Assembly (NCBI GenBank): GCA_963762145.1
Contig: CAVXJS010000019.1
Location: forward strand, 256,001 to 320,000
Source of the DNA: an uncultured Candidatus Rokubacteria bacterium
GTDB taxonomy: Bacteria; Methylomirabilota; Methylomirabilia; Rokubacteriales; CSP1-6
Length of the DNA stretch: 64,000 bases
Direction: 5' to 3'
Shown here: one piece after another, positions 37,281-46,873 of the stretch
Layout of the letters: each line of letters begins with the position of its first letter
Position numbering within the stretch: position 1 is the stretch's first letter
Position numbers and translations under genes: made by a program
Notes under the pieces: model-generated
The model's database searches: none
Seen by the model: the letters and a program-made list of their open reading frames with translations, nothing else
What the model was told of the DNA's origin: nothing

Positions 37281-38354
37281 CGGGCCGGGTCGGTCGCGCG
37301 GGCGCGCGCTTCCGAGAAGATCTCGAGCGGCATCCCCAGGAACGTGGCGACCACGTCCGGATCGAAGTGGGTGCCCGCCGAGTCGCCGGATCCGATCGCG
37401 CGCCGCCTCGAGCGAGATGGCCTTCGAGTAGGGCCGGTCGAAGGTCATCGCGTCGAAGGCGTCGGCGATCGCGAAGATGCGCGCGCCGAGGGGGATGCTC
37501 GCGCCCCGCGAGCCCGAGCGGATAGCCGGTGCCGTCCCAGCGCTCGTGGTGGTGGTGCACCACCGGGATCGCGTCGCGCAGGAACGGGATGCTTCTCCAG
37601 GATCTGCCGGCCGATCTCGGGGTGCGCTGCGCATGATCGCCCACTCCGCCGGCGTGAGCGGGCCGGGCTTGAGGAGGATCGCGTCGGGGATGCCGATCTT
37701 GCCGATGTCGTGCAGCAGGACGCCGCGGCCCAGCGCGTCGAGCTCGGCGGCGGGCAGCCCGTGCGCGCGCGCGAGGGCCAGCGAGTAGGCGTGGACGCGG
37801 CGGGAGTGCAGCTCGGTGCCGACCTCGCGGGTGGCCAGGACGGAGCCGAGCGCCTCGAGCGTGGCCTGGTAGGTCTGCTGCAGCTCGCCGCAGCGCGGCG
37901 GCGAGATCGCGGGTGGCCTCGGCGACCCGCTGCTCGAGCAGCGCCTGGTGCTCGCGGCGCTCGATCAGGAGCTGGCGGCGCTCGAGCGCGCGCTCGGCCG
38001 AGAGCAGGAGCTGGTCCAGGTTGACCGGCTTCAGGATGAAGTCGCTGGCGCCCATGCTTCAGGCTCTCGACCGCGGTGCGCACGTCGCGCGGCGCCGGTC
38101 AGCACGATCACGGCCGCGTCGGCGTCGACGGGCCTTGAGCGTGCTGGAGGAGCTGGAGACCGTCCATGACCGGCATCTTGAGATCGGTGATCGTGAGCGG
38201 CGGCGCGCTCGGTCTCGAAGAGCTCGAGCCGCCTCCCGGCCGTTGCCCGCCATCCGGCACTCGTAGCCCGCGGAGCCGAACACCGCGCGCAGCGTGGTCG
38301 CGGATGTCGTCGCTCGTCGTCGACGATCAGGACCCGCCGGGCCGAGGCGGTCAC
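37277..38354 (-). CDS. Response regulator with HD-GYP domain, several apparent indels
   Basis: Pieces in different frames: VLIVDD, GASDFILKP, LHDIGKIG, HHERWDGTGYP, ADAFDAMTFDRPY. Confidence 0.75.
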
Positions 38355-38358
38355 GCGG

Positions 38359-39396
38359 TCACGCGCCCGGCCTCCGCGCCGGCGCCGGCCGGCCGCGACG
38401 TCCTCGTGCACCGACACGCGGTTCTTGCCCGCGCGCTTGGCCGCGTAGAGCGCCTCGTCGGCGGCCCGGATGAGCTCCTCGGCGGCGGGGGCCACGTCCT
38501 CGGGCAGGGAGGCGATGCCGAAGCTGGCGGTGACGCGGCGGCCGTGCGCGAAGGTCCAGGTGGAGAGCACGTAGCGGATGCGGTCGGCGTAGAGGCGCGC
38601 GCCGCTCTTGCTGGTCTCGACCAGGAGCACCGCGAACTCGTCGCCGCCGTACCGGCAGATGACGTTGATGCCGCGCGACTGCTTGAGCAGGATCTCGGCC
38701 ATCGCGCGGAGCGTCTCGTCGCCGGCCCCGTGGCCCAGGTCGTCGTTGACCGCCTTGAAGCCGTCGAGGTCGAGCAGCACCACCGAGACCGGGTGGTTGA
38801 AGCGGCGGTAGCGCGAGACCTCTTCCTCGAGCCGGATCGAGAAGAAGCGGCGGTTGTAGAGGCCGGTGACCTCGTCCTTGAACGAGAACTCCTTGAGCTG
38901 GGCGCTGGTGGACTCGAGCTCCTTGTAGGCGGTGTCGAGCCGGCGCGCGTACTCGTTCACGTCGGAGGCCTGCTGCTCGATGGTGACCAGCATGCGCGAG
39001 AAGGAGTGCATGAGCGTGTCCACCTCGTCGCTCTGCTGCACGTACTGCTGCACCGCGGTCGTCTCGAGGCTCGGCGACGGGCCGGGTCGGGCCCGTCGCC
39101 GGTGCGGGCCGCCGCGGCGCATCGAGCGCATCCGCGTGGCGCACCACCGAGGTGGCCAGGTCCCAGAGCATGAAGCTGCCCGCGGCCATGAGGAGCCCGG
39201 TGCCGCCGAGCATCACCAGCATCCACGGCAGGTTGCGCTCCTGGGCCTGGGGATCGAGCAGGGGGAGCGCGTAGGCGTAGACGAGGTAGGCGACCACCAG
39301 CATGGGCAGGAAGGCGGTCAGGCTCATCGCGATCAGAATCTTGCGCTTGATGCGGCGGGCCGCGGGGGTCTCGGCAGCTCTGGCGCGTCTGGCCAT
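38359..39396 (-). CDS. Membrane-anchored diguanylate cyclase (GGDEF), with frameshifts
   Basis: Two N-terminal TMs; DEVTGLYNRR, DLDGFKAVND, RYGGDEF, ADEALYAAKRAGKNR. Confidence 0.85.
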   Translation of the reverse strand: MARRARAAETPAARRIKRKILIAMSLTAFLPMLVVAYLVYAYALPLLDPQAQERNLPWMLVMLGGTGLLMAAGSFMLWDLATSVVRHADALDAPRRPAPATGPTRPVAEPRDDRGAAVRAAERRGGHAHALLLAHAGHHRAAGLRRERVRAPARHRLQGARVHQRPAQGVLVQGRGHRPLQPPLLLDPARGRGLALPPLQPPGLGGAARPRRLQGGQRRPGPRGRRRDAPRDGRDPAQAVARHQRHLPVRRRRVRGAPGRDQQERRAPLRRPHPLRALHLDLRARPPRHRQLRHRLPARGRGPRRRGAHPGRRRGALRGQARGQEPRVGARGRRGRPAPARRPGA

Positions 39397-39503
39397 GGCG
39401 TCAACCCCAAGGATAAGCGGCGACGGCCCTTCTATGCCGCGAGAATTTCAGCGCGCCGCCCTTCCTTGACGGGGCGCGGAAGGCTGGGGTACGGTAGCTT
39501 GCC

Positions 39504-39755
39504 ATGGCCCAGGAAGCAAAAGTCGTCAATCCTGACAGGCAGATTGACTGCACCGGGCTCTTCTGTCCGATGCCGATCGTGAAGACCCGCGAGGCGATGA
39601 CCCAGATGGCGGCGGGGCAAGTCCTCGCGATGCTCTCCGACGATCCCGCCTCCGACCCGGACATGCGCAGCTGGGCGCAGAACACCGGTCACGAGCTGCT
39701 CGAGGTCACCCGGAACGGGGCGGTCTACCGCTTCGTGATCAGGAAGTCGCGGTAG
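39504..39755 (+). CDS. tusA: Sulfur carrier protein, TusA family
   Basis: DCTGLFCPMP (CPxP) and DDPASDPD. Confidence 0.9.
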   Translation: MAQEAKVVNPDRQIDCTGLFCPMPIVKTREAMTQMAAGQVLAMLSDDPASDPDMRSWAQNTGHELLEVTRNGAVYRFVIRKSR

Positions 39756-40951
39756 ATGCCGGTGGAGCCCGCCGGGGTCGAGCCCGGCCGCGTCTATCTC
39801 GACTACGCCGGGTTCGCGCCCGTGGACCCGCGGGTCCTCGCGGTCATGCGCCCGTTCCTGGAAGCGGGGATCGGCAACCCGTCGGCCCGTCACTCGCTGG
39901 GCGCGGAGGCCCGGGAATCCCTCGACGCGGCCCGGGTGAAGGTCGCGCGCCTCTGCGGCGGCGCCTCGGGCGGGATCGTGTTCACCTCCGGCGCCACCGA
40001 GGCCAACAACCTGGCGATCAAGGGCGTGGTCGCCCGCGCCCGCGGGCGGCGGGGCGGTCCGCGTCCTGCTCTCGGCCATCGAGCACATCTCGGTGATCAA
40101 CGCCTGCCGCGACCTCGAGAAGGCCGGGGTGACCGTCGGCTACCTGCCGGTGGACGGCGAGGGTCGCGTCGATCCGGACACGGTGCGCGGCGGCGCTCAC
40201 CGCGGACACGGTGCTCGTCTCGATCGCGGCCGCGAATCCCGAGATCGGCACGGTGCAGCCGATCAAGGACATCGGGCGCGCGACGCACGCGGCGGGCGCC
40301 GTGCTGCACGTGGACGGCGTCGGCGCGCTCGGCCGGGTGCCGCTCAACGTGGAGGCGATGGGGATCGACCTCCTGACCGTTTCCGGGAACGATCTCTACG
40401 CTCCGCCCGGGTGCGGAGCGCTCTGGGTCCGGCCCGGCGTGCGGATCCACCCGCAGGTGCTGGGCGGCGGCCAGGAAGGCGGCTACCGCTCGGGGACCGA
40501 GAACGTGCCCGGCGTGGTCGGCCTCGGAGTCGCCGCCGAGCTGATGCGCGTCGAGGGCGCCCACCAGGAAGCGATCCGGCTGGCCGGCCTGCGCGACCGG
40601 CTCATGCATGGGCTGCTCGAGGCGATTCCGGACTGCCGGCTGACCGGCTCGGCGACCTCGCGACTGCCCCACCACCTGAGCCTCGTGGTGCGCGGGGTGA
40701 AGGCCGACGGCGTGCTCCTCGACCTCGATCTGGACGGCGTGGCCGCCTCTTCGGGATCGGCGTGCGCCTCGCTGACCCAGACGACGTCACACGTGCTGCG
40801 GGCCATCGGCTGCGCGCCCGAGGAGGCGGACGGCTCGCTCTGCTTCACGCTCGGCCGGTGGAGCACCGCCGCCGACGTGGACGCGGTGCTCGACCGGCTG
40901 CCGCCCATCGTGGCGCGCCTGCGCGCGCTGGCCGCCGCGCTCCACAGCTAG
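39756..40951 (+). CDS. IscS/NifS-like class I cysteine desulfurase homolog with atypical PLP site; indels near 40050 and 40190
   Basis: GNPSARH, FTSGATEANN, GGGQE, RSGTEN, SSGSAC; SGND in place of SxHK. Confidence 0.85.
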
Positions 40952-40968
40952 ACCGCCCGCCTCGCGCC

Positions 40969-41659
40969 GTGAAGCTGGTCCTGTTCGACATCGACGGCAC
41001 GCTGATCACGTCCCGCGGCGCGGGGCGGCGCGCGATGCGGGCCGCGCTCGAGCGGGTCTTCGGCACCGCCGGAGGGATCGACGAGTACAACCTGGCCGGG
41101 CGGACCGACACCCGCATCGTCCACGACGTGATGGGCGCCCTCGGCTGGGAATCCGCGCGGGTGAACGAGCGCCTCGACGACTTCTTCGAGGCCTACGCGA
41201 GCGGACTCGTCGGGCGAGATCGGGGACGGCCGCCACGTCGTCACGCTGCCGGGGGTGGCCGCGGTCGTGGAGGGCCTGGCCGCGTCCCCGGACGTGGTCC
41301 TGGGCCTGGTGACGGGCAACATCGAGGAGGGCGCCCGGATCAAGCTCCTGCCCACCGGGCTCTGGCCGCACTTCCGGGTCGGGGCCTACGGCTCCGATCA
41401 CATGGACCGCCGGCGCCTGCCGTCGCTCGCGACGCGCCGGGCCCACGCGCTGGTGGGTTACGCCTTCGCGCCGCCCGAGGTGGTCGTGATCGGCGACACC
41501 CCGCACGACATCGACTGCGCCCGCGCCTTCGGTGCGGTGGCGATCGCGGTCACCACCGGCCAGTACACGCGCGCCGAGCTCCTCGCCGACCGGCCGGACC
41601 ACTTGTTCGACGACCTGGGCGATGTCGCAAAGGTGCTCGAAGCTGTGCTGGGCCGGTGA
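40969..41659 (+). CDS. HAD-family hydrolase (phosphoglycolate phosphatase-like), one indel near 41210
   Basis: LFDIDGTL, LVTGN, IGDTPHD. Confidence 0.85.
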
Positions 41660-41690
41660 GAGCGTCGGAACGAAAGTACGCCGGACCCGA

Positions 41691-41744
41691 GCCGCGCGGA
41701 GCGCGGCAATGGGGGAGTGCGGGGGCCATTTCTGGGCCCCCGCA
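41691..41744. terminator. Twin GC-rich hairpins between convergent genes (terminator or REP-like element)
   Basis: GCCGCGC-GGA-GCGCGGC and TGCGGGGGCC-ATTTCTG-GGCCCCCGCA. Confidence 0.55.
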
Positions 41745-41823
41745 TTAGAAAAGTAAAGCGGGTTGCCCCACGCCAGAGCGTCGCAGCCCACCCGGTGTAC
41801 GGGTCTCAGCCAGGCGGGCCGTG

Positions 41824-42903
41824 CTAGGCCAGGGGCCTGACGCCCAGCTCGCCCGCGATCTCGTTGCACTGGCGAACGAGGGCGGGGGCGACCGGGATGC
41901 CCTGGGCGCGGCGCACGCGCTCGGTCTCGGCCTCGGGCTCGCCCGCAGTGTAGATGCGCTCCTGGCCGTCGGCGCGCGGCGTATCGTGGAGGGCCTGCAG
42001 CATGTCGTCCATGGCGGCGGTGAAGTCGTCGACGGGCCGGAAGCGCTTGATGTCGATCGCCGCGAAGCAATGGCCGGTGTTGGTCTCCTTGCGCTCGCGG
42101 CCGTTGGTGCGGTCGAGCACGTTGCCGTAGACGCCGCCCGAGAGCACCCCGGAGAGGATGTCCACCATCACACCCAGGCCGTAGCCCTTGTGGCTGCCGA
42201 GCTCGCGGCTGCCGCCCAGGGGGGAGAGCAGGCGCGAGGCGAGGATCTCCCGCGCATCGGAGGTCGGCCGGCCCTGCGCGTCGAGGCCCCAGCCCTCCGG
42301 GATCGGCTTGTTCCAGCGCGAGGCGATGGTGAGCTTGCCGACCGCGACGGTGGTCGTGGCCATGTCGAGCACGAACGGTGCGTGCCGCGCGGCGGGCGCG
42401 GCGAGGCTGAGCGGGTTGGTGCCCATCATCGGCTTCCGGGCGAAGGTCGGCACCATGGCCACGAAGGGCGAGTTGGTCACCGCGAAGCCGATCATTCCCC
42501 GCGCGAGGGCCATCATGGAATAGTTCGCGCAGGCGCCGAAGTGGTTCGAGTTGCGCACCGCGACGATGCCGATGCCGTAGGTCTCCGCCTTGGCGATGGC
42601 GAGCTCCATCGCCAGGACGGAGGCGGGATGCCCGAGGCCCTTCTGGCCATCCACCAGGGCGGTGGCCAGATCGTCGCGCGCCACGGTGGGCTCGGCCTCG
42701 GGCCGGATGAAGCCGGCCCGCGTCCACTCGACGTACTTCGGCAGCATGCCGATGCCGTGGGAGTCCACTCCGCGCAGGTCGGTGCGGACCATGAGATCGG
42801 CGGAGAGGGCGGCGCTCCTCGGCGACATCTTGAGGGCCTCGAGCACCGAGACGATGTAGGCGGTGAGCGCAGGAGCGGAGACGGTGACGGCGGTATCGGC
42901 CAT
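41824..42903 (-). CDS. Ldh_2 family 2-hydroxyacid dehydrogenase (AllD/ComC-like)
   Basis: DLRGVDSHG, NSNHFG, GTNPLS, LDMATT, GSHKGYGL. Confidence 0.9.
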   Translation of the reverse strand: MADTAVTVSAPALTAYIVSVLEALKMSPRSAALSADLMVRTDLRGVDSHGIGMLPKYVEWTRAGFIRPEAEPTVARDDLATALVDGQKGLGHPASVLAMELAIAKAETYGIGIVAVRNSNHFGACANYSMMALARGMIGFAVTNSPFVAMVPTFARKPMMGTNPLSLAAPAARHAPFVLDMATTTVAVGKLTIASRWNKPIPEGWGLDAQGRPTSDAREILASRLLSPLGGSRELGSHKGYGLGVMVDILSGVLSGGVYGNVLDRTNGRERKETNTGHCFAAIDIKRFRPVDDFTAAMDDMLQALHDTPRADGQERIYTAGEPEAETERVRRAQGIPVAPALVRQCNEIAGELGVRPLA

Positions 42904-42920
42904 GGCGGTGGGATCCTCGC

Positions 42921-43572
42921 TCAGGGCAGCCCGGTGATCTTGATGCCCGAGTTCTTCAGCTTGTAGCGGCGGTTGATCGTGGCGAGGACGGCGGTGATGC
43001 CCTCGAGCGGTCCCGCGTTGGTGAGAGCGCCCACGTCCACCGCGCGCAGGCCCATGGACGCCCCCAGCTCGGTCGACGAGCTTCTTGGCCTCCGCGTCGC
43101 CGCCGCAGAGCAGCAGGTCGCACTCGATCGCGTGGTCGCCCGCCGCCAGCTCGTGGGCCGCGATGTGATGGAAGGAGGCCACCACCCGGGCCTCGGGGCC
43201 CAGGATCTCCTGCGCTTCCTCCGCGGCGGAGCCCTGCGCCGGCGGCGTGAAGAGGCGGCCGCCGCCGAAGGTGAGGGGCACCACCGTGCTCACCACGATC
43301 TTGCCGCGGCAGACGTCGCGCAGCTCGGGGAGCGTGGTCTGCAGGCCCGTCGCGGGCACGGTCAGCACGACCACATCCGCGGCGGCCGCGGCTTCCCGGT
43401 TCGACTTGCCGTCCACCCGACTGCCGGGAGTGGACGCGGCCAGCTCCGCGGCCTTCGCGCGGGCGCGCTCCGGATCGCGCGAGCCGATGATCACCTCGTG
43501 CCCGGCCTGCGCCCACCGCAGCCCGAGCCCCACGCCTTCCTTGCCGGTGCCGCCCACGATGCCGATCCGCAT
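42921..43572 (-). CDS. npdG: F420H2:NADP+ oxidoreductase (Fno/NpdG), one indel near 43070
   Basis: MRIGIVGGTGKEGVGLGLRW, IGSR, SAAEE; C-terminal INRRYK...GIKITG in another frame. Confidence 0.9.
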
Positions 43573-43591
43573 GCCGTCTCCTCGCTCTGGG

Positions 43592-44344
43592 TTATCGGAA
43601 CAGATCGCGGGCCGGATCGCGAAGCAGGGCGCGGCTCGAGCCGTCGCCCCGCTCCCAGTCGAGCCCGCGGATGATCGCCACCGGAATACGGTCGAGCTTG
43701 CCCATCACCGGCTCCGCCGCCCCGGCCAGCTCGTCGGCCAGCGCCAGGATGGTCGCCTGGAGCACGTAGCCCGCGGGGTCCAGCTCGCCGAGGTAGCTCC
43801 GGATCGGCTCGAAGCCGGCGAGGCCGACCGCCACGTTCACGAGGCCCTCCCGCCAGGGCCGACCGAAGGTGTCCGCGATGATCACGGCCAGCTCGAGGCC
43901 GGTGAGCGCCTGCAGCCGCTCGAGGAGCGCGGCCGCGGAGCGGTCCGAGTCCGCCGGCAGCAGGCACGCGGTGTCCGAGTCCACGTTGGACTGGTCCACC
44001 CCCGCGTTCGCGCAGACGAAGCCGTGATGCGTCTCCACGATGAGCACGCCCTTGGCCTGGCGCACGATGCGCCGGCTCTCGCGCAGGATGACCTCGACGA
44101 GGCGCGGATCGCGGCCGATGTCCTCCGCCACCGCCTGGGCCCGCGGGGAAGGCGTCACGTCCGACAGCCGCACGAGCCGTCCCTCGGCCTTGGAGACGAT
44201 CTTCTGGCTGATCACCAGGAGGTCCCGCGCCTCGATCGGCGTGCCCTGGCGGCGGGCCGCGTCCGCGATCAGGGCGGCCACGTCGTCCCCGGGCCGGAAC
44301 TCGGGGAGGCCCCCGACGCCGATGACCTCGTAGCGAGGCGGCAT
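43592..44344 (-). CDS. cofE: F420-0:gamma-glutamyl ligase, single-domain
   Basis: SQKIVSKAEGR, ANAGVDQSN, DTFGRPWREG, RDPARDLFR; no C-terminal nitroreductase domain. Confidence 0.93.
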   Translation of the reverse strand: MPPRYEVIGVGGLPEFRPGDDVAALIADAARRQGTPIEARDLLVISQKIVSKAEGRLVRLSDVTPSPRAQAVAEDIGRDPRLVEVILRESRRIVRQAKGVLIVETHHGFVCANAGVDQSNVDSDTACLLPADSDRSAAALLERLQALTGLELAVIIADTFGRPWREGLVNVAVGLAGFEPIRSYLGELDPAGYVLQATILALADELAGAAEPVMGKLDRIPVAIIRGLDWERGDGSSRALLRDPARDLFR

Positions 44345-44346
44345 GG

Positions 44347-45009
44347 TTATCGAGTCCCCGCCGCCCGGGCGCCCGCGGGGAAGCCGCGCAGGAGCCGGGC
44401 GCTCCGGGTGGCGGGCCCGCGCTCGAGGAGCACGGGCAGGTCGTCGGGGGCGTCCACGTCGAGACCGATCCCGGGCAGCTCGAGCACGCGCGGAGCCAGG
44501 CCGGCCGCCCGCGCGGCCTTCAAGTGATTCTCGAACGAGGGCTCGCCAAACGTGAGCGGCCATGGCGTCGGGCGGGGCCAGGAGGGCCGCGTTGGTGCCC
44601 AGGCCCGAGCGGGAAGGGACGAAGACCACGCCGGCGGCTTCGTCGAGGGCGTCGCGGAGCGCGGCGATCTCGAGGGCGGTGACGCAGGGCACGTCACCTG
44701 GCAGGGTGAGGAAGCGCGCCACGCCGCGGTCGACCGCCTCGCGCTGGGCGAAGGCCACCGCCGCGGTGTGGCCGCGGTTGTCGCTCTCGGCGAGGCACTC
44801 GACGCCCCGGGCGCCCGCGACGGCCCGTACCTCCGGATCGCGGGTGACCACGAGCACGGCGCCCGGCAGGGCGGCCGCCGCGGCGTCGAGCACGTCCTCG
44901 AGCATCGCGCGCGCCAGCGTCGCGGCGCTCGGACGGCGACAGCGCGGGAATGAGACGCTGCTTGGCGTTGACCAGGTCCTTGCACGGGAACGGCCAGGAG
45001 AAGGCTCAT
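44347..45009 (-). CDS. cofC: 2-phospho-L-lactate/PEP guanylyltransferase, with indels
   Basis: KDLVNAKQRL, MLEDVL, LPGDVP, GTNAALL, FGEPSFENH, LDVDAPDDL across frames. Confidence 0.85.
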   Translation of the reverse strand: MSLLLAVPVQGPGQRQAASHSRAVAVRAPRRWRARCSRTCSTPRRPPCRAPCSWSPAIRRYGPSRAPGASSASPRATTAATPRRWPSPSARRSTAAWRASSPCQVTCPASPPSRSPRSATPSTKPPAWSSSLPARAWAPTRPSWPRPTPWPLTFGEPSFENHLKAARAAGLAPRVLELPGIGLDVDAPDDLPVLLERGPATRSARLLRGFPAGARAAGTR

Positions 45010-45935
45010 GCGGCCGCGCTCAGGACAGAGCGGGCCAGCGTGATCTCGGCGTCGCGGCTCGACATCATCGTGGGCGCGGGCACCGGCCTGACGCCCGCCG
45101 CCCGGATCTCCTCGCGCCAGGGCTCGGTCCTGCTCGTCGAAGACGAGGCGATCGAGCCAGGGCGCCGTAGGCCCGGGCGACGCCGGCGGCCGAGACCGGC
45201 AAGCCCGCGGCGGCCATGAGCCGCCCAGCGGGCCCGAGACGGCGGCGCCACCCACGATGGGGCTGACGGCGACAACGTTCGCCGGCGTGGCGCCCAGAGC
45301 CTCCACGAGCCCGGGAACGGCCAGGATCGGGCCCACCGAGGTGATCGGGTTGGACGGGCACACCAGCACCGCATCCGCGCCGGCGATGGCGTCCAGCACG
45401 CCCGGCGCCGGTGCCGCCGCGGCCGCTCCGGCATAGTCCACCGCGCGCACCTCGACCTGCGCCTTCTCGCGCACGAAGTACTCCTGGAAGGTCGAGCCAG
45501 CCGTCCGGGCCGAGGATGCGGGTGCGCACCGGCTGATCGGACATCGGCAGCACGGTCGCCGTCACCCCGAGGGCCGCCGCGATCGAGCGCGTGACCTCGG
45601 TCAGGGTGCGGCCTTCGCGGAGCAGCCGCGTCCGGTGCAGGTGGGTGGCCAGGTCGCGGTCGCCGAGGTTGAACCAGACCGGCTCGCCGAAGCGCGCGAT
45701 CTGGTCGAGGGCATGGAACGTCTCGCCGGTGAGGCCCCAGCCCTTCTGCTCGTCGATGCACGCCGCCCAGCGTGTAGGAGACGGTATCGAGATCGGGTGA
45801 GACGTGCAGGCCCCAGATCTCGGCGTCGTCACCGGTGTTCACGATGACGGTGAGATCGCGCGGGTCCATGATCCGGCCGAGGCCGCGGAGCAGCTTGGCG
45901 GCGCCGGTGCCACCCGCGAGCGCGGTGAGCTTCAT
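45006..45935 (-). CDS. cofD: 2-phospho-L-lactate transferase, with indels
   Basis: LAGGTGAAKL, VNTGDD, SPDLD, WFNLGDRDLATH, PSNPITSVGPIL, VSPIVGG. Confidence 0.9.
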   Translation of the reverse strand: MKLTALAGGTGAAKLLRGLGRIMDPRDLTVIVNTGDDAEIWGLHVSPDLDTVSYTLGGVHRRAEGLGPHRRDVPCPRPDRALRRAGLVQPRRPRPGHPPAPDAAAPRRPHPDRGHALDRGGPRGDGDRAADVRSAGAHPHPRPGRLARPSRSTSCARRRRSRCARWTMPERPRRHRRRACWTPSPARMRCWCARPTRSPRWARSWPFPGSWRLWAPRRRTLSPSAPSWVAPPSRARWAAHGRRGLAGLGRRRRPGLRRPGSIASSSTSRTEPWREEIRAAGVRPVPAPTMMSSRDAEITLARSVLSAAA

Positions 45936-45953
45936 GGCGGCGGGAACGGCGGG

Positions 45954-46460
45954 TCAGTGCTCGCCGCGGGCGAGGGCGGAGCGGGAGCCGCCGCGACCCG
46001 CGGTGCTCCAGAGGGCGGTGCCGCCGCGCCAGCCGAACAATCCGAGTCCGGGGCGCCCCTGGAGCTCCCGGGGTAGCTCCGCCTCGGGAGTCGGAATGAA
46101 GCCGCTGCGCACCCAGATCCGGTCGAGGCCCTGGGGTCGCGTGAAGACGGTGGTGACGCCCTCGGTCGCGGTGTACGCGAGCGTTTGGCCCACGAGCTCG
46201 GCCGCCACGGCCAGCACGTCGTCGGCCGGTGTGTCGGGCGGGGCCACGACCACGGGACCGTGCAGCATCGCCGTGGCGCCCGCCCGCTCCATCAGGACCG
46301 CTCCCACCAGTCGCTCCCCGTCCCAGGCACCCCAGCCGGCGTGAACGTTGGCCGGTGGCGGGGTCCAGGCTCCCGTGAATCGGAACAGCTCGAGGGCCTG
46401 CTCCCAGGACGCGGGGAGCGGTCGGTATGCGAGAGCGCCGTGCGGGTTACTTCTTGCCAA
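45954..46460 (-). CDS. GNAT-fold-like hypothetical protein
   Basis: AWDGERLVGAV...AMLHGPVV...IWVRSGF resembles N-acetyltransferases; start uncertain. Confidence 0.5.
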   Translation of the reverse strand: MARSNPHGALAYRPLPASWEQALELFRFTGAWTPPPANVHAGWGAWDGERLVGAVLMERAGATAMLHGPVVVAPPDTPADDVLAVAAELVGQTLAYTATEGVTTVFTRPQGLDRIWVRSGFIPTPEAELPRELQGRPGLGLFGWRGGTALWSTAGRGGSRSALARGEH

Positions 46461-46734
46461 GCACCGAGTCCTTGAGGGACTTGGCGAGCCGGAACTTCAC
46501 CACGCGCTTGGCCGGGATCTTGATGGGCTCGCCGGTCTGCGGGTTGCGGCCCATCCGCGCCTTGCGGTTGGCGAGCACGAGCCGGCCAAAGTTCGGCAGC
46601 ACGAACACGTTCTTGGCTTCCTTGGTGGCAAGCGACAGCAGCTGGTCCATGACGTCCACGACCTGCTTCTTCGAGAGCTCCGTCTTCTGGGCCAGGTGAG
46701 CGATGATGGCGGACTTCGTCATCGTTTTTGCCAT
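46447..46734 (-). CDS. hup: HU family DNA-binding protein
   Basis: MTKSAIIAHLA...LPNFG...ARMGRNPQTGEPIKIPAKRVVKF; SD GGAGG. Confidence 0.93.
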   Translation of the reverse strand: MAKTMTKSAIIAHLAQKTELSKKQVVDVMDQLLSLATKEAKNVFVLPNFGRLVLANRKARMGRNPQTGEPIKIPAKRVVKFRLAKSLKDSVLGKK

Positions 46735-46873
46735 GTGCTTCCCTCCGGGTTTGAGTGTGAGAGTGAACGGTCGGGCCGTTGGGGATTCACACGTCGCGTG
46801 AAGCCAAGGGCCAATTCTACTCAAGCCGCCCCGCGCGCTCAACTGCGGAATACGCGGGCGTACGCGCGGCGCC

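Noticed and set aside
33450-37634. 1394-aa ORF suggesting a giant thiolase fusion
   Set aside because: Only 33450-34604 is thiolase, with its own SD; the rest is antisense to two plus-strand genes
41824-44905. Apparent Fno-Ldh (582 aa) and CofC-CofE (437 aa) fusions
   Set aside because: The proper C-termini of Fno (stop 42921) and CofC (stop 44347) are present in other frames
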